A stretch of DNA of 64,000 nucleotides, from positions 96,001 to 160,000 of the forward strand of contig CAZNTG010000006.1 in NCBI GenBank assembly GCA_964575955.1. Reading direction: 5' to 3'. Within the stretch, counting starts at the first letter, position 1; the number at the start of each line of letters is the position of its first letter. The notes beneath the pieces are model-generated. The model had not been told where the DNA came from. It searched no databases and saw only the letters and a program-made list of their open reading frames with translations. Positions 49,388 through 60,109 of this stretch are shown in pieces. Source of the stretch: an uncultured Thermoproteaceae archaeon. GTDB taxonomy: Archaea > Thermoproteota > Thermoprotei > Thermoproteales > Thermocladiaceae. The position numbers and the translations under genes are program-made.

Positions 49388-50698
49388 CTATCTTAAGAAT
49401 TTTCTTATAAACTCATTAATCTTTTCTGAAATTTCTCTAGCTCTACATTTCCACTTTTCAAAATCTCTATCACGATCATATACTAACTTTCCATTTACTA
49501 TAACATACTTAACATCTCTACCTGTTGCTGAGTATACTATGTTTGATATTAAATTATCTTCTCTCAATGGTTGTAGTGATATACTTTCAGCATCTAGAAG
49601 TACTAGATCTGCTAGATATCCAACCTCTACATTACCACCTCTCAATCTGAGTAGTCTATAGCCGTTCAATGTTGCTGCTCTAAGTACGTGTATAGCCTTT
49701 ATTCTAGTATCCCAATAATTATTTCTTTGAAGTAGTACTGCACATTTCATCTCTCTAAACATGTCAAGACAGTTATTACTTGCTGCTCCATCAGTGCCGA
49801 TTGTAACGTTTACCTTATCCATACACATCTCGTAGAATGGGAAGAATCCTGCTGTTGCAAGTTTCATATTTGATACAGGACAGTGAGTTACTGTGCAACC
49901 TGCATCACGTATAAGCTCGATTTCTCTACTAGTAACCCATCCTAGGTGAACCATGTGTAGTCTACTATCAAGAACGCCAATATCATGAAGTACTTCAACA
50001 GGAAACTTTCCATACTTCTGTTTACATTCATAAACTTCTTTTCTAGTCTCTGAGACATGTATATGAACATTTAGATTATACTCTTTAGCAAGTTCATAAG
50101 CCTTCTTAATACTTTCTAAAGAGCATGTATATATACTATGGACATTTACTATAGGTATTATAAGCTCATCATTACGATATTTCGATATAAAATTCTCCAT
50201 CTCTCTAAGACATCTATCAGTACTATATAGAACCTCTATTAGTGGTGGTCCAAGTGCTGCTCTAATACCATACTTCTTAGCAACTTCAGCTGTTACATGT
50301 GGGTAGAAGTACATATCTACAAATGCTGTAGTTCCTGAACTTAACATCTCTATAATTGCAAGTTCACTACCAAGCTCAATTAGTTCCTCATTGAGATGTT
50401 TTTCAACTTCCCAAACTCTAGAAAGCCATTCATATAGTTCATAGTCATCACAATATCCTCTAAGCATGACCATTGGAGAGTGTGTATGTGCATTTACAAT
50501 ACCAGGAATTACAATACAGTTAGAACAATCTAACACTTCATCAAAACTACCTTTAACATCTCTACCGATATTTACAATCTTTCCATTCTCTATAACTATA
50601 TCAACATCCTTTAAAATAATTGGATCTCCATTAACCTCATCCCACTTAAGAACCATCTTACACCTCTTCAATAGCATGATTATAGATCTAGAATCCAA
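49388..50698 (-). CDS. Amidohydrolase, MTA/SAH/5'-deoxyadenosine deaminase family
   Basis: PGIVNAHTH, SGTT.FVDMY, HS.YTC, HIHVSET, HCPVSNMKLA.G, GTDGAASNN.LDMF. Confidence 0.88.
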   Translation of the reverse strand: MDSRSIIMLLKRCKMVLKWDEVNGDPIILKDVDIVIENGKIVNIGRDVKGSFDEVLDCSNCIVIPGIVNAHTHSPMVMLRGYCDDYELYEWLSRVWEVEKHLNEELIELGSELAIIEMLSSGTTAFVDMYFYPHVTAEVAKKYGIRAALGPPLIEVLYSTDRCLREMENFISKYRNDELIIPIVNVHSIYTCSLESIKKAYELAKEYNLNVHIHVSETRKEVYECKQKYGKFPVEVLHDIGVLDSRLHMVHLGWVTSREIELIRDAGCTVTHCPVSNMKLATAGFFPFYEMCMDKVNVTIGTDGAASNNCLDMFREMKCAVLLQRNNYWDTRIKAIHVLRAATLNGYRLLRLRGGNVEVGYLADLVLLDAESISLQPLREDNLISNIVYSATGRDVKYVIVNGKLVYDRDRDFEKWKCRAREISEKINEFIRKFLR

Positions 50699-51348
50699 AT
50701 GTATATAATGTCTACTATCGTGAAAAACTTAACATTACCAATACACTTCAACAATCTTGTAATATAGTTGGGATTAGGCAATTTCACAATCTCTTTCCAA
50801 ACATTTATATATGCATTAACTATAAATGGACATATTAGGAATGATATTAATGTAACAATAATCGATAGATGTACTAGTAGTATTATTCTTCTGAAAGTTG
50901 TTCTAGATTTCCAAAAGTCTACAATAATAACTCTAGAATCTTTATGAGTAACTCTACATATCTCATGTATGAAGTTTATAATATTTAAATGTCTTAATGT
51001 GTATGATGTTAATATAGTGTCAATACATCTATCCTTTATAGCTAACATCTCTCCAGAACAGCATATTATATCTATATTGTTCAAATTTCTATACTTATTA
51101 AGACAAATCTTCAATGCTGTATATGATATATCTACACATATTACATTAAGAGCTTTAGTATATATGTATGGTATATTTCTTCCAGTACCTGTTCCAATAT
51201 CCAAAATTCTGAAATTTCTATCTTTAACAAATCTTGCATATAGACTTCTAATATAGCTGTCTAATCCTAACGTCATTACTACAGCCATTCTATCATACAT
51301 TCCAAGTCTATACACAAGCTCATTAAGTATTGCAAGTCTACTTTTCAT
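50680..51348 (-). CDS. Class I SAM-dependent methyltransferase (UbiE-like)
   Basis: YDRM..VMTLGLD, ILDIGTGTG, VDIS. Confidence 0.78.
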   Translation of the reverse strand: MKSRLAILNELVYRLGMYDRMAVVMTLGLDSYIRSLYARFVKDRNFRILDIGTGTGRNIPYIYTKALNVICVDISYTALKICLNKYRNLNNIDIICCSGEMLAIKDRCIDTILTSYTLRHLNIINFIHEICRVTHKDSRVIIVDFWKSRTTFRRIILLVHLSIIVTLISFLICPFIVNAYINVWKEIVKLPNPNYITRLLKCIGNVKFFTIVDIIYIWILDL

Positions 51349-51383
51349 AGTACTTTAATAGTTAAATATTGTAACTGTAGTAG

Positions 51384-52058
51384 ATGTTGAAAGTTGTTGG
51401 TCTTGGTCCAGGATCAGAGGAATATTTAACTATTAAAGCTATTAGAGAGCTTGAAAATGCTGAAGTAATACTTACACCAGGCAGATTTTTAAACATAGTT
51501 TATAAGTATGCTAAAAACGCTGAAATATTTAAACTAGATCCTAAGAAGATAGATGAACAAATATTAGAACTATATAGAGAATATCAAAATTGTAGAATTG
51601 TAATAGTATCATCAGGAGATCCACTCTTCTCAGGAATTGGTAAGAATGTTATAAAGCTTGGAATACCTTGTGAAATAATTCCAGGAATATCATCTATACA
51701 GATTGCATGTGCTAAAGTTAAGACATCTTGGGATAATATGGCATTTTTAACACTACATGAAGAATTTCATAGAAACTGCTATGATAGTTTTATAGAGAAT
51801 GTGAAGTATTTAAAAGCTAAGTTTAGTATATTAACATCACCAAACTATAATCCAGGTAAGATATTGAGAGATATTTCTAAACATTTAAAAGATTATACAT
51901 ACTATGTTTGTGAAAATTTAACATTAAGTAATGAGAGAGTTATCTTTTTAGAAGATTTGTCTGATATTACTAATGATTTTCATTGGAATAGTGTTATAGT
52001 GTCAATTCCTAAGAAGTTGAGTGTTGTAGATCTACTATATAGACCTCTACTATGCTAG
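51384..52058 (+). CDS. cbiE: Precorrin-6Y/cobalt-precorrin-7 C5-methyltransferase
   Basis: VVGLGPG..YLT, SSGDPLFSGIG, IPGISSIQIACAK, TLH, VCENLT..NE. Confidence 0.88.
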   Translation: MLKVVGLGPGSEEYLTIKAIRELENAEVILTPGRFLNIVYKYAKNAEIFKLDPKKIDEQILELYREYQNCRIVIVSSGDPLFSGIGKNVIKLGIPCEIIPGISSIQIACAKVKTSWDNMAFLTLHEEFHRNCYDSFIENVKYLKAKFSILTSPNYNPGKILRDISKHLKDYTYYVCENLTLSNERVIFLEDLSDITNDFHWNSVIVSIPKKLSVVDLLYRPLLC

Positions 52059-52093
52059 TTCTATCTACATTAGTAGTAATGTATATTTGTTAA

Positions 52094-52972
52094 TTGCCTT
52101 ATCAAGCATCTATGAGTAAGATAACTGTGTCAGATTTTGTAAAAATGAAAGGTCGTGAGAAGATTGTGATGGTAGCATTATATGATTATATCTCTGCAAA
52201 AATAGCTGATGAAGTTGGTGTTCACGGTGTACTTATTGGTGATTCAGTGATTATGAATGTCTATGGTTTTAAATCTACACACTACGCAACTATTAGAGAT
52301 ATTGTTAGACATGTTCAAGCTGTATCAAATGCAAATCCTAGATATCTAATTGTTGGTGATATGCCATTTATGACTTATGAAACATCTAAGAAAGATGCTT
52401 TGAAAAATGCGTCAAAAATCATACGTGCAGGTGCTGATGCTGTTAAAGTTGAAGGTGGTCAAGAGATTGCTGATAAAGTTGAAGCACTTGTTAAAGCAGG
52501 TATACCAGTTATGGGACATATAGGATTAACACCACAGAGATATCTAACACTCGGAGGATATAGATTGATGGGTAAGACTGTAGATATTGCAGAGAAAATT
52601 ATTGAAGATGCATATGCATTACAGGATGCTGGAGCATTTAGCATAGTTATAGAATTTACAGTATCTGAAGTTGCTGCTGAGATAACTAGAAGCTTGAAAA
52701 TACCGACAATATGTATAGGTTCAGGACCTGAATGTGATGGTCAAATACTTGTAATAAACGATATATTAGGCATAAGTGAGATACAGCCATTCTTCGCGAA
52801 GAAGTATGCAAATCTTAGAGACATTATAAGAGAAGCATTAAAAAACTATGTTGAAGATGTTAAAAATGGTAGATTTCCAAGTGAAGAACATTTTAGAAGA
52901 ATGAAGAGAGAAGAATATGAACAACTTAAACAGAGAATTGAAGAAAGAAGGAAAAAGAATATGCATAGTTGA
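52094..52972 (+). CDS. panB: 3-methyl-2-oxobutanoate hydroxymethyltransferase
   Basis: LIGDS, VGDMPF.TY, AVKVEGG, GHIGLTPQ, IGSG..CDGQILV. Confidence 0.95.
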   Translation: MPYQASMSKITVSDFVKMKGREKIVMVALYDYISAKIADEVGVHGVLIGDSVIMNVYGFKSTHYATIRDIVRHVQAVSNANPRYLIVGDMPFMTYETSKKDALKNASKIIRAGADAVKVEGGQEIADKVEALVKAGIPVMGHIGLTPQRYLTLGGYRLMGKTVDIAEKIIEDAYALQDAGAFSIVIEFTVSEVAAEITRSLKIPTICIGSGPECDGQILVINDILGISEIQPFFAKKYANLRDIIREALKNYVEDVKNGRFPSEEHFRRMKREEYEQLKQRIEERRKKNMHS

Positions 52973-53432
52973 TGTTGATGGAACACTCATAGATGCATCT
53001 AGAAGATTTAGAGTAGCTACTAAGAGAGGTAGAGTAGATTGGAAAGTAGCTCTAGATATTAGAAATATAGAAATTCTAGATAAACCAATGCCTAAACATA
53101 TCATAGATAAGATTAAGAATATTTGTAGAGATATCTGTAATGAAATTATAATATTGACAGGTAGACCTGAAAATCTTAAAGATATAACTATTAGACAGAT
53201 TAAGAATATAGACTTTAAATATGATAAACTAATCATGAGGAATGTTGGCGATTATTCAAATGAGGTTGATTTTAAAATTCGTAAAATATTAGAAATATCT
53301 AAATTTGGAAACATATGTGCCATATTTGACGATAATTTAGAATTTTTAAAACATGTTAAAAATCTTCTACATAATGTAAAAATCTTCTATGTTACTTATG
53401 ATGATGTTTATGAACTTGTAGAACTATTCTAG
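52917..53432 (+). CDS. HAD-family phosphatase (PNK 3'-phosphatase-like)
   Basis: VDVDGTL, LTGRPE, LIMR, FK, FDD. Confidence 0.78.
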   Translation: MNNLNRELKKEGKRICIVDVDGTLIDASRRFRVATKRGRVDWKVALDIRNIEILDKPMPKHIIDKIKNICRDICNEIIILTGRPENLKDITIRQIKNIDFKYDKLIMRNVGDYSNEVDFKIRKILEISKFGNICAIFDDNLEFLKHVKNLLHNVKIFYVTYDDVYELVELF

Positions 53433-53438
53433 ATTAAG

Positions 53439-54398
53439 ATGATTAGAAAAGTACGTGTTGAAGCACCTGCATCAACAGCAAATCTAGGTCCTGGATTTGA
53501 CGTGTTTGGTCTTGCACTAGACTTAGCATATGACTGTGTTGAAGTTGAGGTTGTTGATGATAAGTCTAGAGAGATTGTTGATTTTAAAGTTGATGGTGAG
53601 TATGCTGATCAAGTTCCTAGAGATTCTAAGAATGTTGTTTATAGACTTGCATTGAAGATATTAGAAATTTTTAATAGAGATTTAAGTATTAAGATTAGAC
53701 TTGTAAAGAATGTTAAACCTAGAAGTGGTCTTGGTAGTAGTGGTGCTAGTTCTGCTGCAATAACTTTAGCTATGTTAACAATATTGAACGTCAATATAGA
53801 TCCTGTAAAAGCTGTTGAGATAGCTTCGATAGGGGAAGAATTTGTAACAGGATCTAGACATGCTGATAATGTTGCACCATCAATGTTAGGCGGTTTCATA
53901 GTTATAAGGAGATATGATCCACTAGATCTTATTAGGATTGAGCCACCTAAAAATCTAGGTATTGTAGTTACAATACCTGAAGTTGAAGTTCCTGAAGATA
54001 AGACTAGATATGCAAGATCAGTTTTACCACAGTCAGTATCCTTGAGAGAAGTTATACATAATGTTGGACATGCATCATTTATAGCACTTGGATTCGCACT
54101 TGGAAACATAGGTCTAATAGCTAGAGGTATGAATGATATAATTGTAGAACCAAGAAGAATGAGCTTAATACCTGGAGGAGATATTGCTAGAAGGAGAGCA
54201 CTAGAGGCAGGAGCATTAGCAACAGCTATAAGTGGTGCAGGTCCAAGCTTAATAGCAATATTTAATCTAGATGAAGGTATTGAGAAAGGTCATGAAATTG
54301 GTAAAGCAATGATTGAAGGATTTAGAGAAGCTGGAGTAGATGCTAAATATATAGTAACTAGACCTAGTACAGGTCCAAAAACAGTCATAGAGAGTTAA
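53439..54398 (+). CDS. thrB: Homoserine kinase
   Basis: PASTANLGPGFDVFGLAL, SGLGSSGAS, HADNVAP, ISGAGPS. Confidence 0.95.
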   Translation: MIRKVRVEAPASTANLGPGFDVFGLALDLAYDCVEVEVVDDKSREIVDFKVDGEYADQVPRDSKNVVYRLALKILEIFNRDLSIKIRLVKNVKPRSGLGSSGASSAAITLAMLTILNVNIDPVKAVEIASIGEEFVTGSRHADNVAPSMLGGFIVIRRYDPLDLIRIEPPKNLGIVVTIPEVEVPEDKTRYARSVLPQSVSLREVIHNVGHASFIALGFALGNIGLIARGMNDIIVEPRRMSLIPGGDIARRRALEAGALATAISGAGPSLIAIFNLDEGIEKGHEIGKAMIEGFREAGVDAKYIVTRPSTGPKTVIES

Positions 54399-54750
54399 CA
54401 CTATTCTCACCCATACAGGGAGATTCAACATATTCAGATAATTCACCTCTCAAAATTTTCTCAATAACACATGAAAGATATTCACAATCTGTAGAATATA
54501 TCTTAATACCTCTACTACGAAACACCTCAACAGCCTTAAAACCTATAGATTTAACAACTACACAATCAATATCAAGTTGTGAAAAATATTCACCAGGTCT
54601 TAAACCTCTAAATTTTGGATTTTCAACAATTTCAACACTATAATCACCATCTTTAAGAGTAACTATAGCGTAGTATAGTGCTTTACCAAAATGTTGAGAG
54701 ATTTTAGAATTAAGACCTTGATTAGACTCGAGAGGGATTAGAAATTTCAC
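54385..54750 (-). CDS. NifB/NifX-family metal-cluster-binding protein
   Basis: GLNSKISQHFGKA.YY, ENP, IG.KA..F...GIKIY. Confidence 0.85.
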   Translation of the reverse strand: MKFLIPLESNQGLNSKISQHFGKALYYAIVTLKDGDYSVEIVENPKFRGLRPGEYFSQLDIDCVVVKSIGFKAVEVFRSRGIKIYSTDCEYLSCVIEKILRGELSEYVESPCMGENSVNSL

Positions 54751-54783
54751 AATTTAAATGTGTCTTTAAGAATTTTAAGAAAA

Positions 54784-55404
54784 TTACTTCTGTTCTTTAC
54801 CTGCAACTATAGGTTTAACCTCTCCTCTCTTTTCAGTCTCTTCTTTTCTCTCTTCAGCAAGACCCAACTCTCTTAAGAGCTTCTCTCTTAATCTTGGAAT
54901 TTCAAATACTTTCTCTATAAACATTCGAATTTCATTCATTGTTAATGGAATAACCTTTCTCTGTCTACCACCTGTATCACTATACATATCAACTACAAGT
55001 TCTACACCTGCAACATTATTCATAACAAAGTTTAGAGTGTCCTCATAGAGTTTCTGTAGTTCAGGTGGTAGAACCTTCTCTTCAACTTTCCTTCTTTCTC
55101 TCTCTAATTGTTCAATAACTTTAGCAAGACATTTTCTAACTTCTTCAACTGGTATACCCTCTTTAAACCATACTAATACTCTTCTTCTATCTTCTGGATC
55201 TTCTTCTTTCTTTAAAATTCCTGCGTTAACTAATTCACTAACTACAGTAACTATATATGAATATCCTTTACCACTCTTTTCTGCAAGTTCTTTCATAGTT
55301 AATGCTCTACCCTCTTGTAATAGTGTAGCTAGTACTATACGCTTTAATTTTGCGAATTTGCCACTTATAGCATTATTTAATTTCTCACATACTTCAGAAC
55401 CCAT
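54784..55404 (-). CDS. MarR-like winged-helix DNA-binding protein with C-terminal extension
   Basis: LTMKELAEKSG...VSELVNAGIL...DPEDRRRVLV. Confidence 0.8.
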   Translation of the reverse strand: MGSEVCEKLNNAISGKFAKLKRIVLATLLQEGRALTMKELAEKSGKGYSYIVTVVSELVNAGILKKEEDPEDRRRVLVWFKEGIPVEEVRKCLAKVIEQLERERRKVEEKVLPPELQKLYEDTLNFVMNNVAGVELVVDMYSDTGGRQRKVIPLTMNEIRMFIEKVFEIPRLREKLLRELGLAEERKEETEKRGEVKPIVAGKEQK

Positions 55405-55490
55405 CGTTCTAATTATACACTTCTCATTTATAAGTCTTTTTACTAAGATAACTAATTTGATAACATATAAGTTCTCTCTAGAACTATACC

Positions 55491-58232
55491 TTATACAGCC
55501 TTACAAAGTACATCTCTAACAATTGTACGAATGTTATTCAAATCAATATTTGAAGAAGTAATAGCTTGTCCAAAAGTTCTACTACCACCACCTCTACAAG
55601 AAATTTTACTACACATATCACGTACAATATCACGTACAGTGATCTTCTCTCCTAATCTCTCATTCTCAAACATGTATATTAGAGACCTATCTTTAAATCT
55701 CTTAAGAACTATGAGGAGAATTTCATTACTACTTGTTAAATCTCTAGCAATACTTTGAATAGTTTCATCAGATATCTCTTCAGGAACTTCAATAAGTATA
55801 GTCTTGATATTGTTAATATTCTCAACTATAGAGTTTCTCAATATGTTTTCAATAAACTTCTTTTCTAAAATCTTGACACGTCTCTGTACATTTTCATAAT
55901 CTTCTAATAACTTTCTAATTTTAGTATGTAGCTCTGTCTCTGTACATTTTAATAATGTTGATAGAGTCTTCACACAACCTTCAATTTCTCTAACATAGTC
56001 TAGCACATGTCTACCTGTTGTAAATATTATCCTTATGACACCTTCCTGCAATCTTTCAACCTTAACTATCTTCAACATGCCGATTTCTGATGTATTTCTT
56101 ACATGTGTTCCACCACATGCCTGAACGTCAAATACATCACCATTCTTATCAACTATCTTAACAATTCTAAGTATTGGTGACGGTATTATACCTCCTTGAT
56201 AAATTCTAACACTATACTTAACTTCTGCATCTGTTCTTACAAGATTCTCTGTAATTACTTCAAAGCCTTCTTCAATAACTCTATTACACATATCTTCAAT
56301 AGTTCTAATTTCATCAATTGTTGGAACTTTGTAATGTGTGATATCTAGTCTACTAAATGGTATATCTTTTTGAACACCTGTCTGCCATATGTGAGAACCA
56401 AGAACTCTTCTACATACTTGTAGTAGTATGTGAGTTCCTGTATGCATCTTCATCAATGAATAACGTCTATCCCAATCAACTATGCCATGAACTTTCAATC
56501 CATCTATAACATCACCATCACATCTACATTCATGAATAATCACATTACCAATCTTAAACACATGATCAACACTACACTTAACACCATTCTCTACATAGAG
56601 AAAGCCTCTATCAGAAGGTTGACCACCACCTTCAGGGTAGAATGCTGTTTCTCTTAAAATTATGAAATCTCTATCATTAATCTTAACATGTCTTACTATA
56701 ACACTATCAAACTCTCTAGTATATGGATCTTCGTAGTATAGTTCTCTTGTCTTCTCAATACCTTCAACATCTATACTAAATTTCTCCTCTCCCTTAGTAA
56801 CTTCTTCCTTTTCCTGTCTCTTTCTTTCTACAAGTTTTGTATAGAAGTTTGACGGTATTTCAATCTCTATTCCTCTATCCTTTAATAGATCTATGACAAG
56901 TTCTGGTGGAATACCATATGCATCATATAGTTTAAATAGTTCATCTTCACTAATCTTCTTACCCTTCTTAATACTCTTCTCAATCTGTACCTTAGCTGTA
57001 TTTATAGATTCTTTAAACTTTCTATACTCTATACCTGCTATATCTATAATAACTTTTCTAATATCTTCAACTTCAGGATATATATTAACTAGCCAATCTA
57101 CACATGTGTTAAATATTTCTTCAATATCTACATCTATCTTCAAAGTTTCTAAGTATCTTAAAATTCTTCTAATTAACAATCTAGCTAGATAGCCAATACC
57201 TGAATTTGATGGAAGTACTCCATCATATATCATCCATGCTAGTGATCTAACATGGTCAGCTATTGTATATACTGTCTCTTGACTAATCATGAAGTTTTTT
57301 AAATATTTAGAATCTAGACCTAGCCTTTCAGAAATTTTTTCATATATATCTATCTTAGATATTTCTTCACTACTTAATTGTGATAATGTTATGCATATTT
57401 GTGATAATGTTTTATAATCTGGCTTTTCTATATTTAGTAGTTTTCTAAGTTTTTCTAATAATTCCCTAAATGTTGCTTCATACACATTTGGTAGACCTGT
57501 TGCTAGCCAGTATATTCTCTCTAATCCATACCCTGTATCTACAATCTTCATATTCATCTCTTCAAATGTTCCATCTTGTCTTGTTCTGTAATGCATGAAT
57601 ACTAGTGTTGCAACTTCTAGACCTCTTACAAGTACTTCAAAGCATTCTCCAGCATTTCCACCCCCCATCCATGTAGACTCTTTATACATGATCTCCTCCT
57701 CTGGTATTCCAAGTTCTTTTGTGAAGAATTCATGTGCTAGTTGTACTGTCTCTTCAATCCAGTATACTTTCTTATCAGGATAGTTGAATGCGTGGTGTGC
57801 CATCATTTCAAATCCTGTTAAGTGTCTACCACTTCTACCTACAATGTCTATATCTGTAAATCTTATACATGGTTGTGATATTACTAGTGGATTTGCTGGT
57901 GGTGGTACTAGTCCTGAAGTTACCCATGGTTGAAATACGTATATTGAAGCACCTACAAGATATACATCATCTCTCCATCTAGCAGCAACAACAGGATACT
58001 TGGGTATCCTAACATGTCCTCTATCTTCAAAGAATTTTAGATATATCTCTCTAGTATGTATGAGACTTTCAAGATCTCTCTTAACAGGACTATTACCTAT
58101 AAATCTGTAAGGTTCACATGGTGAATCACCACAAGTATCTCTCTCAACTAGAGACCAAAAGTATGAACCACATATCTTACATCTATATCTTCTATATCCT
58201 CTCTCAATGAGGTATCTACACTCAATAGACAT
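55491..58232 (-). CDS. alaS: Alanine--tRNA ligase (archaeal type)
   Basis: N-terminal Zn ribbon, RWRDD..LVGASI, GRHLT.FEMMAHH, DTGYGLER, HTGTH..QACGGTH, GGGS. Confidence 0.97.
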   Translation of the reverse strand: MSIECRYLIERGYRRYRCKICGSYFWSLVERDTCGDSPCEPYRFIGNSPVKRDLESLIHTREIYLKFFEDRGHVRIPKYPVVAARWRDDVYLVGASIYVFQPWVTSGLVPPPANPLVISQPCIRFTDIDIVGRSGRHLTGFEMMAHHAFNYPDKKVYWIEETVQLAHEFFTKELGIPEEEIMYKESTWMGGGNAGECFEVLVRGLEVATLVFMHYRTRQDGTFEEMNMKIVDTGYGLERIYWLATGLPNVYEATFRELLEKLRKLLNIEKPDYKTLSQICITLSQLSSEEISKIDIYEKISERLGLDSKYLKNFMISQETVYTIADHVRSLAWMIYDGVLPSNSGIGYLARLLIRRILRYLETLKIDVDIEEIFNTCVDWLVNIYPEVEDIRKVIIDIAGIEYRKFKESINTAKVQIEKSIKKGKKISEDELFKLYDAYGIPPELVIDLLKDRGIEIEIPSNFYTKLVERKRQEKEEVTKGEEKFSIDVEGIEKTRELYYEDPYTREFDSVIVRHVKINDRDFIILRETAFYPEGGGQPSDRGFLYVENGVKCSVDHVFKIGNVIIHECRCDGDVIDGLKVHGIVDWDRRYSLMKMHTGTHILLQVCRRVLGSHIWQTGVQKDIPFSRLDITHYKVPTIDEIRTIEDMCNRVIEEGFEVITENLVRTDAEVKYSVRIYQGGIIPSPILRIVKIVDKNGDVFDVQACGGTHVRNTSEIGMLKIVKVERLQEGVIRIIFTTGRHVLDYVREIEGCVKTLSTLLKCTETELHTKIRKLLEDYENVQRRVKILEKKFIENILRNSIVENINNIKTILIEVPEEISDETIQSIARDLTSSNEILLIVLKRFKDRSLIYMFENERLGEKITVRDIVRDMCSKISCRGGGSRTFGQAITSSNIDLNNIRTIVRDVLCKAV

Positions 58233-58282
58233 GTATCTCGATAAGCTATATCAAGGTGGTTATTTACAATATTTTTCTCAAA

Positions 58283-58331
58283 ATGATGATGGAGTATTAT
58301 TCTGAAACATGATGAAGGTGCGAGTTGCTGA
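58283..58331 (+). ncRNA. C/D-box sRNA
   Basis: ATGATGA, TGGAGTATTATT, CTGA, ATGATGA, AGGTGCGAGTTG, CTGA; all four boxes are perfect consensus with 12-nt guides. Confidence 0.88.
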
Positions 58332-58368
58332 GTAGTATTAAATAAAAAGTTTCACAAAAGTTTCATAC

Positions 58369-59385
58369 ATGCCTAAGATTGCTGTTATTGAAGGTGATGG
58401 TATTGGTCCTGAAGTTGTTAGATCAGCATTGAAAGTTCTTGGTAAAGCATGTTCAAAATATGGTATAGATAATATAGATGTTATCAAAGTTCCAGCTGGT
58501 GACTCTGCATTAAGAACATTTGGATCACCACTACCTGAAGATTCTTGGAAAATAATTACACAGTGTGACGCTATCTTGAAAGGTCCTGTAGGTGAGACTG
58601 CTGGTGATGTTGTTGTTAAGATTAGACGTGGACTTGACCTATATGCAAATATTAGACCTGCAAGATGTCTTCCAGGGGTTGAATGTTTGAGACCTCAGAT
58701 AGATCTTGTAGTTGTTCGTGAAAATACTGAAGATGTATATGTACGTGCAGAATATATTCATAATGATGTAGCAGTAGCATTAAGAGTGATATCTGCAAAA
58801 GCAAGTGAGAGAATTGCCAGGATAGCATTTAAAATAGCTAGACAGAGAAGAAGGAAGGTAACTATAGTACATAAGGCAAATGTCATGACAATAACAGATG
58901 GACTATTTAGAAGAAAAGTCATCGAAGTACATGATAGAGAATTTCCAGATATAGAACTCGACGAGATGTATATAGATGCTGCAGTTATGGATATAGTTAG
59001 AAGACCTGAAAGATTTGACGTCATAGTAACAACAAACCTATTTGGAGATATCTTAACAGACTTAGCAGCATACGTTTCAGGTAGTATTGGATTAGCAGCT
59101 AGTGCAAATATTGGAGATGAGAAAGCAATGTTTGAACCTGTACATGGTGCAGCATTTGATATTGCTGGTAAAGGTATTGCAAATCCAATAGCAATGATAC
59201 TATGTACATCATGGATGTTGAGATGGTTAGGAGAGAAGTTTAATGATGATAGATATGTAAAAGCTGGAAATGATATTGAAAATGCTGTTATGATAGTATT
59301 AAAAGAAGGTAGAAAACTCACACCAGATCTTGGTGGAAATGCAACAACAGAAGAAATTACAGAAGAGATATGTAGTAAAATTTAA
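58369..59385 (+). CDS. leuB: Isopropylmalate/homoisocitrate dehydrogenase family
   Basis: EGDGIGPEV, LYANIRP, VRENTED.Y, VHKANV, NLFGDILTD, FEPVHGAAFDIAGKGIANP, TPDLGG. Confidence 0.82.
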   Translation: MPKIAVIEGDGIGPEVVRSALKVLGKACSKYGIDNIDVIKVPAGDSALRTFGSPLPEDSWKIITQCDAILKGPVGETAGDVVVKIRRGLDLYANIRPARCLPGVECLRPQIDLVVVRENTEDVYVRAEYIHNDVAVALRVISAKASERIARIAFKIARQRRRKVTIVHKANVMTITDGLFRRKVIEVHDREFPDIELDEMYIDAAVMDIVRRPERFDVIVTTNLFGDILTDLAAYVSGSIGLAASANIGDEKAMFEPVHGAAFDIAGKGIANPIAMILCTSWMLRWLGEKFNDDRYVKAGNDIENAVMIVLKEGRKLTPDLGGNATTEEITEEICSKI

Positions 59386-59672
59386 CATTTAACAAGACTT
59401 AAAATCTTATTAACAATAGTATCAACATCATTAGTATCAATATCATCTCTTAAAAATCTAAATACAGTACTATCAATAATAATAACTATTTGAGGTAATC
59501 TAATTGTTAGATCTTGAATATTTAGAAATTTTAAATACTCCAAATATACACTATGCAAAATCTCGACATTCGAAATATCTAAATCTCTAAGCTTTTCATA
59601 AATTTTCAAACATTTATCATATAGTAGCTCCCAAGTTGGGCAAAATATCAATATTCTATAACTATGACACAT
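59382..59672 (-). CDS. Hypothetical protein
   Basis: Fills the gap between leuB and rpl12. Confidence 0.5.
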   Translation of the reverse strand: MCHSYRILIFCPTWELLYDKCLKIYEKLRDLDISNVEILHSVYLEYLKFLNIQDLTIRLPQIVIIIDSTVFRFLRDDIDTNDVDTIVNKILSLVKC

Positions 59673-59737
59673 CGAGATAGTCTAAAATCAAAAACCTTTA
59701 AATACTGGTCAACTCAATCACTACACTTAGAGTAGGT

Positions 59738-60082
59738 ATGGAGTACATATATGCAGCACTTCTACTACACTATGGAAAACAGCCAATAACTGAGGATAAC
59801 ATAGTTAAGGTACTACAAGCAGCAGGAATAACACCAGACGAGATAAAGGTAAAAGCACTAGTAGCAGCATTAAAAGAAGTAAATATTGAAGAAGCAATAA
59901 AGACAGCAGCAACAATACCAGTAGCAGCACCAGCAGCCGCACCAACAGCAGCACCAACCCCAACACCAACGGCAGAAGCAAAACCTGCAGAAGAAAAGAA
60001 AGAGGAGAAGAAAGAAGAAGAAAAGAAGGAAGGACCAAGCGAAGAGGAAATCGCATCAGGACTTGCAAGCCTATTCGGATAA
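59738..60082 (+). CDS. rpl12: 50S ribosomal protein P1/L12
   Basis: [11 protein letters not shown], Ala/Pro hinge, acidic tail, GLASLFG. Confidence 0.97.
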   Translation: MEYIYAALLLHYGKQPITEDNIVKVLQAAGITPDEIKVKALVAALKEVNIEEAIKTAATIPVAAPAAAPTAAPTPTPTAEAKPAEEKKEEKKEEEKKEGPSEEEIASGLASLFG

Positions 60083-60109
60083 TAGCACTATCATAATAAC
60101 AACATTAAA

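Noticed and set aside
58758-59321. 187-aa antisense ORF within leuB (likewise 10342-10821, 53639-54109 and 43758-44246)
   Set aside because: Each lies opposite a well-supported conserved gene and has no recognisable motifs.
59915-60035. Low-complexity GCA/CCA and GAA repeats
   Set aside because: They encode the normal Ala/Pro hinge and acidic tail of Rpl12.
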